Shown here piece by piece: positions 11,051 to 21,454 of a DNA stretch of 64,000 nucleotides. This DNA comes from Bacillota bacterium (GTDB taxonomy: Bacteria > Bacillota > Ch66 > Ch109), in assembly GCA_050952625.1 (NCBI GenBank), contig JBMNLH010000001.1:896001-960000 (forward strand). The letters run 5' to 3'. Every line of letters starts with the position of its first letter. Positions within the stretch are counted from its first letter, which is position 1. The notes below the pieces were generated by a model. It was given only the letters and a program-made list of their open reading frames with translations, was not told the origin of the DNA and ran no database searches. The position numbers and the translations under genes are program-made.

Positions 11051-11288
11051 ATTTTTCGAGATTACGAGGGTTGGAAAGCTATCACCGCTTAGCCGGTTTC
11101 TTATAATTTAGTAAAAAACAGCAGTGGTTTTTTATTTGTAAAATATAAGAACAAGGTAAGTAATTGCTATGCCTGTTTTAGTTTTTAACAGGTGAAGTGA
11201 TAAGTTTTCTGATGACCGAGTGTTTGCTCGGTTTCCTTTTTCTCATGGCTTTTTTCATTTTTTAATCTTATTCAAGGAGGTGAAGACA

Positions 11289-12830
11289 ATTTCTCAAACT
11301 GAGTTTTACCTGATTGGTCTGGTAGCCTTGATTGTCGGTGGAGCACTCGGTTATTTAGCTCGTAAAATGATAGCCGAAGCCAAGATTAGTTCAGCTGAAC
11401 ATGAGGCCAAAAGGATCGTGGAGGAAGCTGAAAAGGATGCTGAGGCTAGAAAACGAGAAGCGTTGCTCGAGGCGAAGGAGGAAGTTCATCAACTCCGAAA
11501 TGAGGTAGAGAAAGAAAACCGCGACCGTCGAAATGAGCTACAGCGAATGGAGAGAAGATTACTCCAAAAAGAAGAGACTTTGGATCGAAAGACAGAAGTA
11601 ATTGAACGGAAAGAAGAAGTTCTACAAAAAAAAGAAGTTGAACTTGAATCAATCCGTGAAGAGATTGAGCGAATTCAACAAAAACAATTTGCCGAGTTAG
11701 AACGACTATCCGGGCTGTCTTGGGATGAAGCTCGTCAGCTGCTTCTAGATACTGTCCAGGAAGAGATTAAAGTTGAAACAGCGATGTTGGTCAAAGAGTT
11801 AGAGGCTAAGGCTCGAGAAGAGGCAGAGAAGAAATCGCGAGAGATTATTAGTCTGGCGATCCAACGATGCGCCGCTGATGTAGTGGCTGAGACTACTGTT
11901 TCAGTAGTTGCCCTGCCTAATGATGAAATGAAAGGACGGATTATTGGGCGCGAAGGGCGCAATATCCGGACGCTGGAGACTTTGACTGGGGTTGATCTGA
12001 TCATAGATGATACTCCTGAGGCAGTTATTCTCTCTGGCTTTGATTCCATTCGACGTGAAATTGCCAGAATTGCCTTGGAGAAATTAATTATTGATGGTCG
12101 CATTCATCCAGCTAGAATTGAAGAAATGGTAGAGAAGGCCCAACGCGAGGTAGAACAGAAAATATGGGAAGAAGGAGAACAGGCAAGCTTTGAAGTAGGG
12201 GTTCACAATTTACACCCCGAGTTAATTAAACTGCTTGGCCGTCTTAAGTACCGTACTAGTTATGGTCAAAATGTGTTCAAGCATTCTATTGAAGTAGCTC
12301 AACTGGCCGCAGCGATGGCATCTGAACTTGGAGCGGATGTTCAGCTGGCTAAAAGAGCAGGCCTTCTCCATGATATTGGTAAAGCAATTGATCATGAAGT
12401 GTCAGGTCCTCACGTAAACATTGGGGGAGACCTGGCTAAAAAGTATCGAGAAAGCCCTGAAGTTATTCATGCAATTATGGCCCACCATGGTGATATTGAA
12501 CCTCAAACTATTGAGGCAGTTTTGGTTCAAGCAGCTGATGCAATTTCGGCAGCACGACCGGGGGCTCGACGGGAAACCTTAGAGGCCTATATTAAACGTC
12601 TGGAAAAACTAGAACAAATAGCAGATTCTTTTGAAGGAGTGGAAAAATCTTTTGCCATACAGGCGGGTCGTGAGATCCGAATTATGGTAAAACCTGAGAA
12701 GATAGATGACGCTAAGTCAGTTCTAATTACCCGAGAGATCGTTAAGCGAATAGAAAATGAGTTAGAATACCCGGGGCAGATCAAGGTTGTGGTTATTCGA
12801 GAGACCCGCGTGGTCGATTATGCTAAGTAA
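11289..12830 (+). CDS. rny: Ribonuclease Y (probable ATT start codon)
   Basis: N-terminal TM helix, coiled coil, KH domain ([13 protein letters not shown]) and HD domain (LLHDIGK). AAGGAGG at 11274-11280 sits 8 nt before ATT 11289; the start is inferred. Confidence 0.95.
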   Translation: MSQTEFYLIGLVALIVGGALGYLARKMIAEAKISSAEHEAKRIVEEAEKDAEARKREALLEAKEEVHQLRNEVEKENRDRRNELQRMERRLLQKEETLDRKTEVIERKEEVLQKKEVELESIREEIERIQQKQFAELERLSGLSWDEARQLLLDTVQEEIKVETAMLVKELEAKAREEAEKKSREIISLAIQRCAADVVAETTVSVVALPNDEMKGRIIGREGRNIRTLETLTGVDLIIDDTPEAVILSGFDSIRREIARIALEKLIIDGRIHPARIEEMVEKAQREVEQKIWEEGEQASFEVGVHNLHPELIKLLGRLKYRTSYGQNVFKHSIEVAQLAAAMASELGADVQLAKRAGLLHDIGKAIDHEVSGPHVNIGGDLAKKYRESPEVIHAIMAHHGDIEPQTIEAVLVQAADAISAARPGARRETLEAYIKRLEKLEQIADSFEGVEKSFAIQAGREIRIMVKPEKIDDAKSVLITREIVKRIENELEYPGQIKVVVIRETRVVDYAK

Positions 12831-12947
12831 AATAACAAACAGGCATAATAAAACGTATCATAATCCTACTAGTTTTTATTTGAACAGCATGATAAAGCCT
12901 AAAGAATGACAACTGCCTAACAACCATTAAATAAAGAAGATAAGTTG

Positions 12948-12990
12948 ATCGAGTAGGCAGGGTTTTTACCGCCTACTCGATTAGTATTTT
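12948..12990 (+). terminator. Intrinsic terminator after rny
   Basis: ATCGAGTAGGC...GCCTACTCGAT 11-bp stem, then TAGTATTTTT. Confidence 0.7.
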
Positions 12991-13341
12991 TGATTCTTGT
13001 GAATTACATTCATAAATATTGCCTGGGTCATTAATTTACGGATATTTACCAGTATAAAAATGCATAGGGAATATAACCATTAAAGAAGGAATTTGTAGAG
13101 AAGTCGCGAACATTATACAGAATAGACCTCCATGCTGCTTGACAGCACGAACATGAAAAATTATGAGCGCGCCGTTTTTTACGAAGGTCAGCGATTGGCG
13201 TTTAAATTATTCTTAGTCTAGCCTGCTGATCTGAGTTATAACACAAGCCTAACCTATTGTCAAAATAGGCTGCTGGGTGTAACTAGCCTTAGAAAAGACT
13301 GAACCTTAATGAATCGGTGCAGGGCTGAAAGGATGGACAAC

Positions 13342-13857
13342 ATGTTGGCCAGGCGTAAAGAATCTCGGGTTTCACCCGACAGTATCGACTTTTTTGTTTC
13401 AATAATGCTACGCTACCCAGAAATTGCAACCATAAAGTATGATCCGGCTAGATGTCGAGTAAAATTTACATTTATTGTATCAGGGGTTGTATCGGCACAA
13501 GATCGTAATAATTGGGCTGATACTTTGCTAAAAACACTTGATGCCTATTATCACCTGGAAAATAAAAAAATAGCAGAGATAGGGATAGAAAATACTACTT
13601 GCGACCAAATAACCCTGATAGAGATTAGCCGTGATGTACAAACTCTTTGTGTTAATGAAATTGGTATTATAGTAAATCTTTTTAAAGATCGTTTTGCTCA
13701 AGATGCCATAGTTGACTCTTATGGACTTGCCGGGGAAGATCTTTTGTTTCGTGATGAGATGATCCGGCATACCCTAGAGAACTTAAAACATGCTCAACTT
13801 GAAAAGAAATTAATAGCACTTCGTGAAGAAGGCCGAGTACTGGTATTCAACAAATAG
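13342..13857 (+). CDS. Hypothetical protein upstream of ymdB
   Basis: ORF with RBS AAAGGA before ATG 13342; C-terminus REEGRVLVFNK; lies between rny and ymdB. Confidence 0.8.
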   Translation: MLARRKESRVSPDSIDFFVSIMLRYPEIATIKYDPARCRVKFTFIVSGVVSAQDRNNWADTLLKTLDAYYHLENKKIAEIGIENTTCDQITLIEISRDVQTLCVNEIGIIVNLFKDRFAQDAIVDSYGLAGEDLLFRDEMIRHTLENLKHAQLEKKLIALREEGRVLVFNK

Positions 13858-13873
13858 GTCGGAGGAAAATTAG

Positions 13874-14656
13874 TTGAATATTATAATGATCGGTGATATC
13901 GTAGGTCGTCCAGGACGGCGAATAATCAAGGAATTATTACCTAGTCTGGTTACCGAATTTCAAATCGATTTAGTAATCGCCAATGGCGAAAATGCTGCTG
14001 GAGGTAACGGCATAACCCCGGATTTAGCAGAAGAATTATACGAAGCAGGGATTGACGTTCTGACAATGGGCAACCATGTCTGGGACAAGAAAGAAATATT
14101 ACCGTATTTTCAGTTGGAAAAAAGAATTATTCGTCCAGCCAATTATCCTCCGGGTACTCCAGGTAAGGGTTCAATTATTTTTCCGGTAACCCGCAATGTA
14201 AAAGTGGGGATAATTAATCTTTCTGGTCGGGTTTTTTTAGATAATTTAGAATGTCCTTTTCGTTTGGCTGATGCATTAGTAGAAGATATTAAGCACCACA
14301 CACCAGTAATTTTAGTTGATTTTCACGCTGAGGCAACTTCAGAAAAGCAAGCCATGGGCTGGTATCTAGATGGACGGGTTACAGCGGTTTTGGGCACCCA
14401 TACTCATGTTCAGACTGCTGATGAGAGATTGCTTCCTGAAGGTACTGCCTATATTACCGATGTCGGGATGACCGGACCTCGAGATTCGGTGCTTGGAGTT
14501 AAAAGTGAAATCATTATAAAGAAGTTTCTTACTCATCTTCCAACCCGTTTTGAGATAGCTAGCGGCACGGCACAGTTAAATGCAGTGGTGCTTGGGGTAA
14601 ATTTGGCTAATGGAAAGGCTTACTCAATTAAAAGAGTTCAACGTTTTTTAGATTAA
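13874..14656 (+). CDS. ymdB: YmdB-like metallophosphoesterase (TIGR00282 family)
   Basis: GDIVGRPG, NGEN, GNH, DFHAEATSEK, GTHTHV and TDVGMTG motifs. Confidence 0.93.
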   Translation: MNIIMIGDIVGRPGRRIIKELLPSLVTEFQIDLVIANGENAAGGNGITPDLAEELYEAGIDVLTMGNHVWDKKEILPYFQLEKRIIRPANYPPGTPGKGSIIFPVTRNVKVGIINLSGRVFLDNLECPFRLADALVEDIKHHTPVILVDFHAEATSEKQAMGWYLDGRVTAVLGTHTHVQTADERLLPEGTAYITDVGMTGPRDSVLGVKSEIIIKKFLTHLPTRFEIASGTAQLNAVVLGVNLANGKAYSIKRVQRFLD

Positions 14657-14660
14657 CAAT

Positions 14661-14689
14661 TTATTAAATATTATTAAATATTATTAAAT
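14661..14689. repeat. Tandem 10-bp repeat (TTATTAAATA) x ~3
   Basis: Seen directly: ttattaaata ttattaaata ttattaaat. Confidence 0.85.
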
Positions 14690-14838
14690 GCGTAGAAGTG
14701 GTCTGGGAGTAGCTGTTTTCTAGGAACAAGGGCGACTCCTTTATTTACTTTTGTTAAGCATTACGGGAAATAAACTAAGTATCTAATCGCAATTGTCCAA
14801 ATCTTTTAAAAAAAATATCAAGTCTGTAAGGTTTGGCA

Positions 14839-14865
14839 GAAGGATTTTTCAGTTTCAGATAGAAT
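14839..14865 (+). promoter_or_regulatory. Sigma-H promoter of spoVS
   Basis: GAAGGATTT...GAAT with AGGA-N17-GAAT spacing; spoVS is sigma-H dependent in Bacillus subtilis. Confidence 0.75.
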
Positions 14866-14936
14866 ATGATTAATTAGGAATTTATTAACTGCAGATTAGA
14901 ATACACAAAAACAAGGTCCAAGGAGGTCAAAATTTG

Positions 14937-15197
14937 ATGGAAGTACTAAAGGTTTCAGCCAAATCTAGTCCAAATTCAGTAGCCGGTGCCTTGGCTGGGG
15001 TACTCCGGGAACGTGGAACCGCAGAAATACAAGCCGTAGGAGCCGGTGCTCTTAATCAGGCTGTTAAAGCAGTAGCGATTGCCAGAGGTTTCGTGGCCCC
15101 TAGCGGAGTGGACCTCGTTTGTATTCCGGCTTTCACAGATATTCAAATTGATGGACAGGAAAGGACCGCCATCAAATTAATTGTGGAACCCAGATAA
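14937..15197 (+). CDS. spoVS: Stage V sporulation protein S
   Basis: MEVLKVSAKSSPNSVAGALAG...GAGALNQAVKAVAIARG. Confidence 0.97.
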   Translation: MEVLKVSAKSSPNSVAGALAGVLRERGTAEIQAVGAGALNQAVKAVAIARGFVAPSGVDLVCIPAFTDIQIDGQERTAIKLIVEPR

Positions 15198-15301
15198 AAC
15201 CTAGATAAATTAAAATATTGTTTATTATTTCTTTTCGGTACATCAATAGGATTGATCCAGGGGTGATATAAGCCCCTGGACTTTGTTTTAACTAATGTAA
15301 T

Positions 15302-16285
15302 TTGGGAAAGGCGGTTAGAATACATTTGACGAATAAACGTGCCATCTCTCATATTATTGTTGATGCGCATTGTGATACCCTTAGCTTGGCTACCAAACTT
15401 CAAGGTGATTTACTCAGTCTGCCTCCTCCAGCTCAAGTAGATTTCACTCGCTTGTTAGAGGCTAAGGTTAATCTTCAGTTTTTTGCTTCTTTTGTTGATC
15501 TGAAAAATCCACCTGCTTTAAGGCAATATCTACACCAAATTGAATTTTTTCTCCAACAAGTTGAAAAATATAAAGGAGTTGTTCACCTAGTTCGCAGAGC
15601 TGCTGATATTGATCAAGCTATAAAAACCGGACGTTTGGCTGTGCTCCTTTCAATTGAAGGTGGTGAGGCACTGGAGGGCGACCTAGGAATACTACAGTTA
15701 TACTGGCGCTTAGGGGTGCGGAGTCTGGGTTTGACCTGGAACTACCGTAACTCTTTAGCAGATGGGGTCGGAGAAGAAGGAACCAAAGGAGGGTTGACTA
15801 AGTTTGGCCGCTTAGTTGTTAAGGAAATGAATCGCCTAGGCATGTTAATCGATCTTGCTCACATGTCTGAGGCCGGCTTTTGGGAAGTCATTGAACTCAG
15901 CGATAGTCCAGTTATCGTTTCCCATGCGAACTGTCGAAAATTACAGGATCATCCGCGGAATCTAACAGATGCTCAGCTAAAAGGCTTAGCTCAAAAAAAG
16001 GGGGTGCTAGGGATAACCTTGGTTAATCAGTTTCTTGGTCCGGGAAAACCGGGAGTTGAGGCGGTTCTTGACCATATAGAGCACGCTGTAGAAGTAATGG
16101 GCTTTGAACATGTTGGGATAGGAACCGATTTTGATGGGGTTGATGAACCGGTCAGAGGTTTAGAAAATGCAAGTTGTTGGCCGTTTTTAATACAGAAAAT
16201 GCAACAACGCGGTTTTCCTGAGAACATGATTGAGCATGTTTGTGGGAAAAATTATTTACGGGTAATTAGAAGTGTCTTGAAATAG
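15302..16285 (+). CDS. Membrane dipeptidase (peptidase M19) family protein
   Basis: DAHCDT, SIEGGE, LTWN, IDLAH, SHAN and GIGTDFDG motifs; exact start uncertain. Confidence 0.9.
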   Translation: MGKAVRIHLTNKRAISHIIVDAHCDTLSLATKLQGDLLSLPPPAQVDFTRLLEAKVNLQFFASFVDLKNPPALRQYLHQIEFFLQQVEKYKGVVHLVRRAADIDQAIKTGRLAVLLSIEGGEALEGDLGILQLYWRLGVRSLGLTWNYRNSLADGVGEEGTKGGLTKFGRLVVKEMNRLGMLIDLAHMSEAGFWEVIELSDSPVIVSHANCRKLQDHPRNLTDAQLKGLAQKKGVLGITLVNQFLGPGKPGVEAVLDHIEHAVEVMGFEHVGIGTDFDGVDEPVRGLENASCWPFLIQKMQQRGFPENMIEHVCGKNYLRVIRSVLK

Positions 16286-16321
16286 AATATTTTTAGAAGG
16301 TTAATTTGAGGTGTAGGTTAA

Positions 16322-17149
16322 TTGGAAGTAGATTTACATATTCATACTACAGCATCCGATGGAACCAGTACTCCGCAGGAAGTGGTAGAAATAGCCGCCC
16401 ATTATGGTCTGAGGGCTATTGCAATTACCGATCATGATGAAGTAGGAGGAATTACTCCAGCTCTTTTGGCTGGACGTTTGACTGGGATCGAGGTAATTCC
16501 GGGGATTGAGATTAATACAGAGTACGAGCAGCGTGAAGTGCATATCCTGGGGTATTTAATAGATTACCATGATCCAAAGTTACTGGCTCAATTAAAAAGA
16601 TTGCAGGATGCTCGTCTAATTCGGATTAGTAAAATCGTTAACGCTTTACGGCAGCTAGGCTTACCCATTGAACTAAGTCGAGTTAAAGAATTGGCCGGAA
16701 ACGGTTCGATCGGACGCCCTCATATTGGAATGGCGATGATTGAACGAGGTTATGTCAAATCTATTCAGGAGGCTTTTCATCGTTTTATTGGTTTTGGGTG
16801 CCCCGCTTATGTCCCGCGGTATAAAATTGGTCCAGAAGAGGTAGTTGAAATGATTCTCGGGGCAAAAGGAGTGCCCATACTAGCTCACCCGGGATTAGTT
16901 AATCGTGATGACCTGATACCAAAACTTGTTAAAGTTGGCTTGCAGGGGTTAGAAGTCTATTACCCAGAACATGAACCTTGGATGGTTGGCAAATATCTTA
17001 AGTTAACCGACAAATATGGTTTGATTGCCACTGGTGGGTCAGATTATCATGGAAATGGAGCAAATTATCGGGCTGACATAGGAACCGTCACGGTTTCTTA
17101 CCGAGTAGTAGATCAATTGAAGGAGTGTCAGCGTTTATATAAGGTTTAA
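16322..17149 (+). CDS. PHP-domain phosphoesterase (YciV/TrpH-like)
   Basis: DLHIHTTASDG, TDHD, GRPH, LAHP and GGSDYHG motifs. Confidence 0.92.
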   Translation: MEVDLHIHTTASDGTSTPQEVVEIAAHYGLRAIAITDHDEVGGITPALLAGRLTGIEVIPGIEINTEYEQREVHILGYLIDYHDPKLLAQLKRLQDARLIRISKIVNALRQLGLPIELSRVKELAGNGSIGRPHIGMAMIERGYVKSIQEAFHRFIGFGCPAYVPRYKIGPEEVVEMILGAKGVPILAHPGLVNRDDLIPKLVKVGLQGLEVYYPEHEPWMVGKYLKLTDKYGLIATGGSDYHGNGANYRADIGTVTVSYRVVDQLKECQRLYKV

Positions 17150-17234
17150 GGAACGGAACGCCTTCATATAATAAAATTGAGGTAACTCGCTTATTCATGA
17201 GTGAACTTGATAATAATGAAGGTGGTGTCAGTTC

Positions 17235-17495
17235 TTGCGGGAGAATAATCAGTATGAACTATTGTTAGGTAGAATAAAAGATCTCGAAAAAAAAGTTGAA
17301 CATCTCCGAATAAGCCGTCGTGTACTAATGAGTTTAGTGACTCGTCAAGAGCAGGATAAGGCAGTTCAAATACTTGAACTTCTAGAAGAAAATCGCCGTC
17401 TACGCAGAACTAATAACCGATTTGCTCAAACTTTGTGGTTAAAAAACCAGCAAATTTTAGAGCTAACTATATCTGAAAAACAGGGTAATAGTTAA
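17235..17495 (+). CDS. Small coiled-coil hypothetical protein, possibly sporulation-related
   Basis: RBS GAAGGTGG; heptad pattern (LEKKVEHLRISRRVLM); upstream CATATAAT sporulation-type -10. Confidence 0.7.
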   Translation: MRENNQYELLLGRIKDLEKKVEHLRISRRVLMSLVTRQEQDKAVQILELLEENRRLRRTNNRFAQTLWLKNQQILELTISEKQGNS

Positions 17496-17685
17496 GAATC
17501 AGCTTAATGGTTATAGGACCAACTTCCTTGAAAATTGGGACAATTAGGGGAAGGAATTTATCTGGTAATGTCGAAGATAGAATCATTTAGTAAAGCAGTG
17601 ATTTAGTAAACCAAGTAATAGTATCCTATAATACAAACTTCTCCTAACCGTGGAGTTACCCAAGTTTACGAAAGGAAATGAATTA

Positions 17686-18498
17686 ATGAGGAAAGTTGGT
17701 TCGGTTTTATTAATCTCAATGGCCTTAACCCTTTCTGGAGGGGGGCAGGCTACTAACAATTTAACAAATAGTACCTCATGGATCATGCAATATGCTTCGC
17801 TTGAACAAACAACTGCGGCAGCTGCTACCAATTCAATCCATCAAGGATCTCGTTATGTAGTGAAAAAAGGGGATACACTCTGGGCAATAGCTCGTAGTAA
17901 TTCTACCACCGTAGCAAACCTAAAAAAGATAAACTCCCTTTCTTCGGATTTATTACAGATCGGACAAGTTCTGTATCTGGGAAACACAGGCACTAACATA
18001 AATAATAAGGCGAATACTTCTTCTAAAGAAAAAGTGTTGCCGGCGACAAGGGTTCAAGAAAAAGCCCCAAACACTGAACTAATTAAGGCTAGAGAGGAAG
18101 CAAATAGCCCCAGTCGTGGGGATAACGATCGAATTAATAATCTACTGGTTACCTCTAAGAAGTATTTAGGCACACCTTATGTCTATGGCGGTAAGAGCCC
18201 CAAAGGCTTTGATTGTTCTGGTTTTACCCAGTATGTTTTTAATGAATACGGGATTGAGTTACCTCGTTCGTCTAGAGAGCAGGCTAAGGTTGGGGTTCAG
18301 ATAGCCCGTTCCGAAATTCGTCCGGGAGATTTGTTATTCTTTAATACCCAAAGCGGAAGAGAAATAAGTCATGTTGGTATTTATCTTGGGGGAAACGAGT
18401 TTATTCACGCTAGTCAAAATACCGGGATATCTATTACTCCGTTAAATAAAGGTTACTATGCTAATCGTTTAATCACGATCCGTCGGATATTTCGTTAA
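17686..18498 (+). CDS. LysM + NlpC/P60 cell-wall endopeptidase
   Basis: Signal peptide, LysM (YVVKKGDTLWAIA), NlpC/P60 core (PYVYGG, GFDCSG, HVGIY, FIHAS). Confidence 0.93.
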   Translation: MRKVGSVLLISMALTLSGGGQATNNLTNSTSWIMQYASLEQTTAAAATNSIHQGSRYVVKKGDTLWAIARSNSTTVANLKKINSLSSDLLQIGQVLYLGNTGTNINNKANTSSKEKVLPATRVQEKAPNTELIKAREEANSPSRGDNDRINNLLVTSKKYLGTPYVYGGKSPKGFDCSGFTQYVFNEYGIELPRSSREQAKVGVQIARSEIRPGDLLFFNTQSGREISHVGIYLGGNEFIHASQNTGISITPLNKGYYANRLITIRRIFR

Positions 18499-18547
18499 AC
18501 TACTTATAATTTAGGGTCGAATATCATATGATGAAAATTGTTGATTT

Positions 18548-18577
18548 AAGAAGTAGTTGCACTGCTTCTTTTTTTTT
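18548..18577 (+). terminator. Intrinsic terminator
   Basis: AAGAAGTAGT-tgc-ACTGCTTCTT followed by a T run. Confidence 0.75.
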
Positions 18578-18655
18578 GCTAGTTTTATTTTATATGATTA
18601 AAATTAAATTAATAATATCGGCGAAAGGTGACTGGTTTTTCAGTTCGTGATATAA

Positions 18656-20158
<1,503 letters not shown>

Positions 20159-20187
20159 CATATTAATAATCTCCTTATCTCATAATA

Positions 20188-20216
20188 GTATAATTCTAAC
20201 TTACAGGTGGAAAACT
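20188..20216 (+). promoter_or_regulatory. Sigma-F-type promoter
   Basis: GTATA-N15-TGGAAAACT against the B. subtilis sigma-F consensus GYWTA-N15-GGnnAnAnT. Confidence 0.55.
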
Positions 20217-20239
20217 AAGGAAATAAGGAGGAGAAAGAT

Positions 20240-20764
20240 ATGCTTCGTTTAAAATTCAATCATCTATTGAACCGTAGGATGTTTTTCAGCTGGTGTTCCA
20301 CCAAGTTGCAGAAATTGCTTCAAGCTGAACCCCGAGCGGTCCCAGAAAAACCGGGTCGATTAGCTAACCACCTGGATCGCTTTGGCGGCCGAGCTGTATT
20401 TTTCGTGTTATGCCTGTTATTATTACTTCAGTTTGGGTTTAAGCCGCTTTTTGCTCTCCTAGGAGCAATCGGATTAACTCTTGGCCTTCATCTTAGTCTG
20501 AAAAAAGGAAGACCTAGATTGATTCTGCGACGTTTAAAGCCTAATTCAGCTGGAACTGAGCTAATGGGCGACCAGGTTAAGAAAAGACCGAGACGATGGC
20601 TCAGTCAAGTTTTAACTGGTCTAGTTTTCGTAGGAATTGGCTGGGTGTGGGATGGAGGATGGGGACTATACTTTACGATTATCGGTTTTATCAATCTGAT
20701 ATTAGCGACGGCCTTAATAGTGGGAGAACGTAAGGGTGTAGTGTCAGACGAATCAATAAAGTAG
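20240..20764 (+). CDS. Hypothetical membrane protein
   Basis: Strong RBS AAGGAGG; about four hydrophobic segments. Confidence 0.7.
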   Translation: MLRLKFNHLLNRRMFFSWCSTKLQKLLQAEPRAVPEKPGRLANHLDRFGGRAVFFVLCLLLLLQFGFKPLFALLGAIGLTLGLHLSLKKGRPRLILRRLKPNSAGTELMGDQVKKRPRRWLSQVLTGLVFVGIGWVWDGGWGLYFTIIGFINLILATALIVGERKGVVSDESIK

Positions 20765-20791
20765 AACAGGAAAACCCCTGTTCTACTTTTT
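20758..20791. terminator. Bidirectional terminator hairpin
   Basis: AAAGTAGAACAGG...CCTGTTCTACTTT between convergent genes. Confidence 0.75.
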
Positions 20792-20986
20792 ATTAGAGGT
20801 ATCTAATTTGTTGAGATCATCCATAAGTTTGTCAATACTGACTCCATGAACTTGAGCACCCTGCTCAATACTCTCAAAGAGTGCTCCCCCTCAGCCGATG
20901 CAGCGGAGTCCGTGCTTAGCAAAAACCTTAAGCGATTCGGGATACTTCTCTACCACGTCCTTAATGATGGTATCTTTACTTATCAA
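20783..20986 (-). CDS. DUF1858-family small redox selenoprotein (CxxU), 67 aa
   Basis: RBS AAGGGGGTG and TTG start. Translates as MISKDTIIKDVVEKYPESLKVFAKHGLRCIG-U-GGALFESIEQGAQVHGVSIDKLMDDLNKLDTSNKK. The in-frame TGA at 20891-20893 occupies the second Cys of the family CxxC, and family similarity continues after it. Confidence 0.88.
20854..20886 (-). promoter_or_regulatory. Bacterial SECIS-like stem-loop
   Basis: After UGA+GGGG: 9-bp stem GAGCACUCU/AGGGUGCUC, upper stem UUGA/UUGA with G-U pairs, apical loop GAGUA starting with G after a 17-nt spacing from the UGA. Confidence 0.7.
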
Positions 20987-21115
20987 GCCTACACCCCCTT
21001 TTGCATCCACGTCCATAATTTGGATAAACAAATAGTTTTCTGGTTACAAATCTATTATAATCCAAGTGAGGTAGAAATGCCAGGGGATCGACTCCCCCGG
21101 CTAGGTGCAAAACTA

Positions 21116-21304
21116 TCATTGGAGAGTAGGATTAGAAGCCTGAAGAGTTCTTTCGGCTCGTTCGATGGCCATTTTTACCAGGTTGCCGCACTGTCGGGAA
21201 GGGACTCCGCCCCAGCCTTCGGTTCGGACAATCTGATCGACTCCCAGTTCTTGGGCCAGCTCGTACTTAAGCGCGTCAGACATAACTCCACGCCTTCTCG
21301 CCAT
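21116..21304 (-). CDS. Small acid-soluble spore protein, alpha/beta type (SspF-like)
   Basis: MARRRGVMSDALKYELAQELG...EGWGGVPSRQCGNLVKMAIERAE; RBS AAGGAGG. Confidence 0.9.
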   Translation of the reverse strand: MARRRGVMSDALKYELAQELGVDQIVRTEGWGGVPSRQCGNLVKMAIERAERTLQASNPTLQ

Positions 21305-21454
21305 GGTCCAGCCTCCTTTTGAAATTTTGCACCTACTAATATTGTTAACCGGCAGATAAAAGATATGTCTGGAGAACAAAGGTGTTCCTGGAAGTTTAGG
21401 AGTTGAAAGGCTCACGGAATTATGCGAAACTATCACCAGGGAGGAATGGGGAAA

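Noticed and set aside
12997-13015. Rex-like operator TTGTGAA-ttaca-TTCATAA
   Set aside because: The spacer is 5 nt instead of 4, there is a mismatch, and no redox gene lies downstream.
14661-14689. CRISPR array or iteron set
   Set aside because: Three contiguous AT-rich 10-mers without spacers, and no cas or rep genes nearby.
20846-21322. 158-aa + strand ORF
   Set aside because: Shadow ORF antisense to the SASP gene and the DUF1858 selenoprotein; no RBS and no recognisable motifs.
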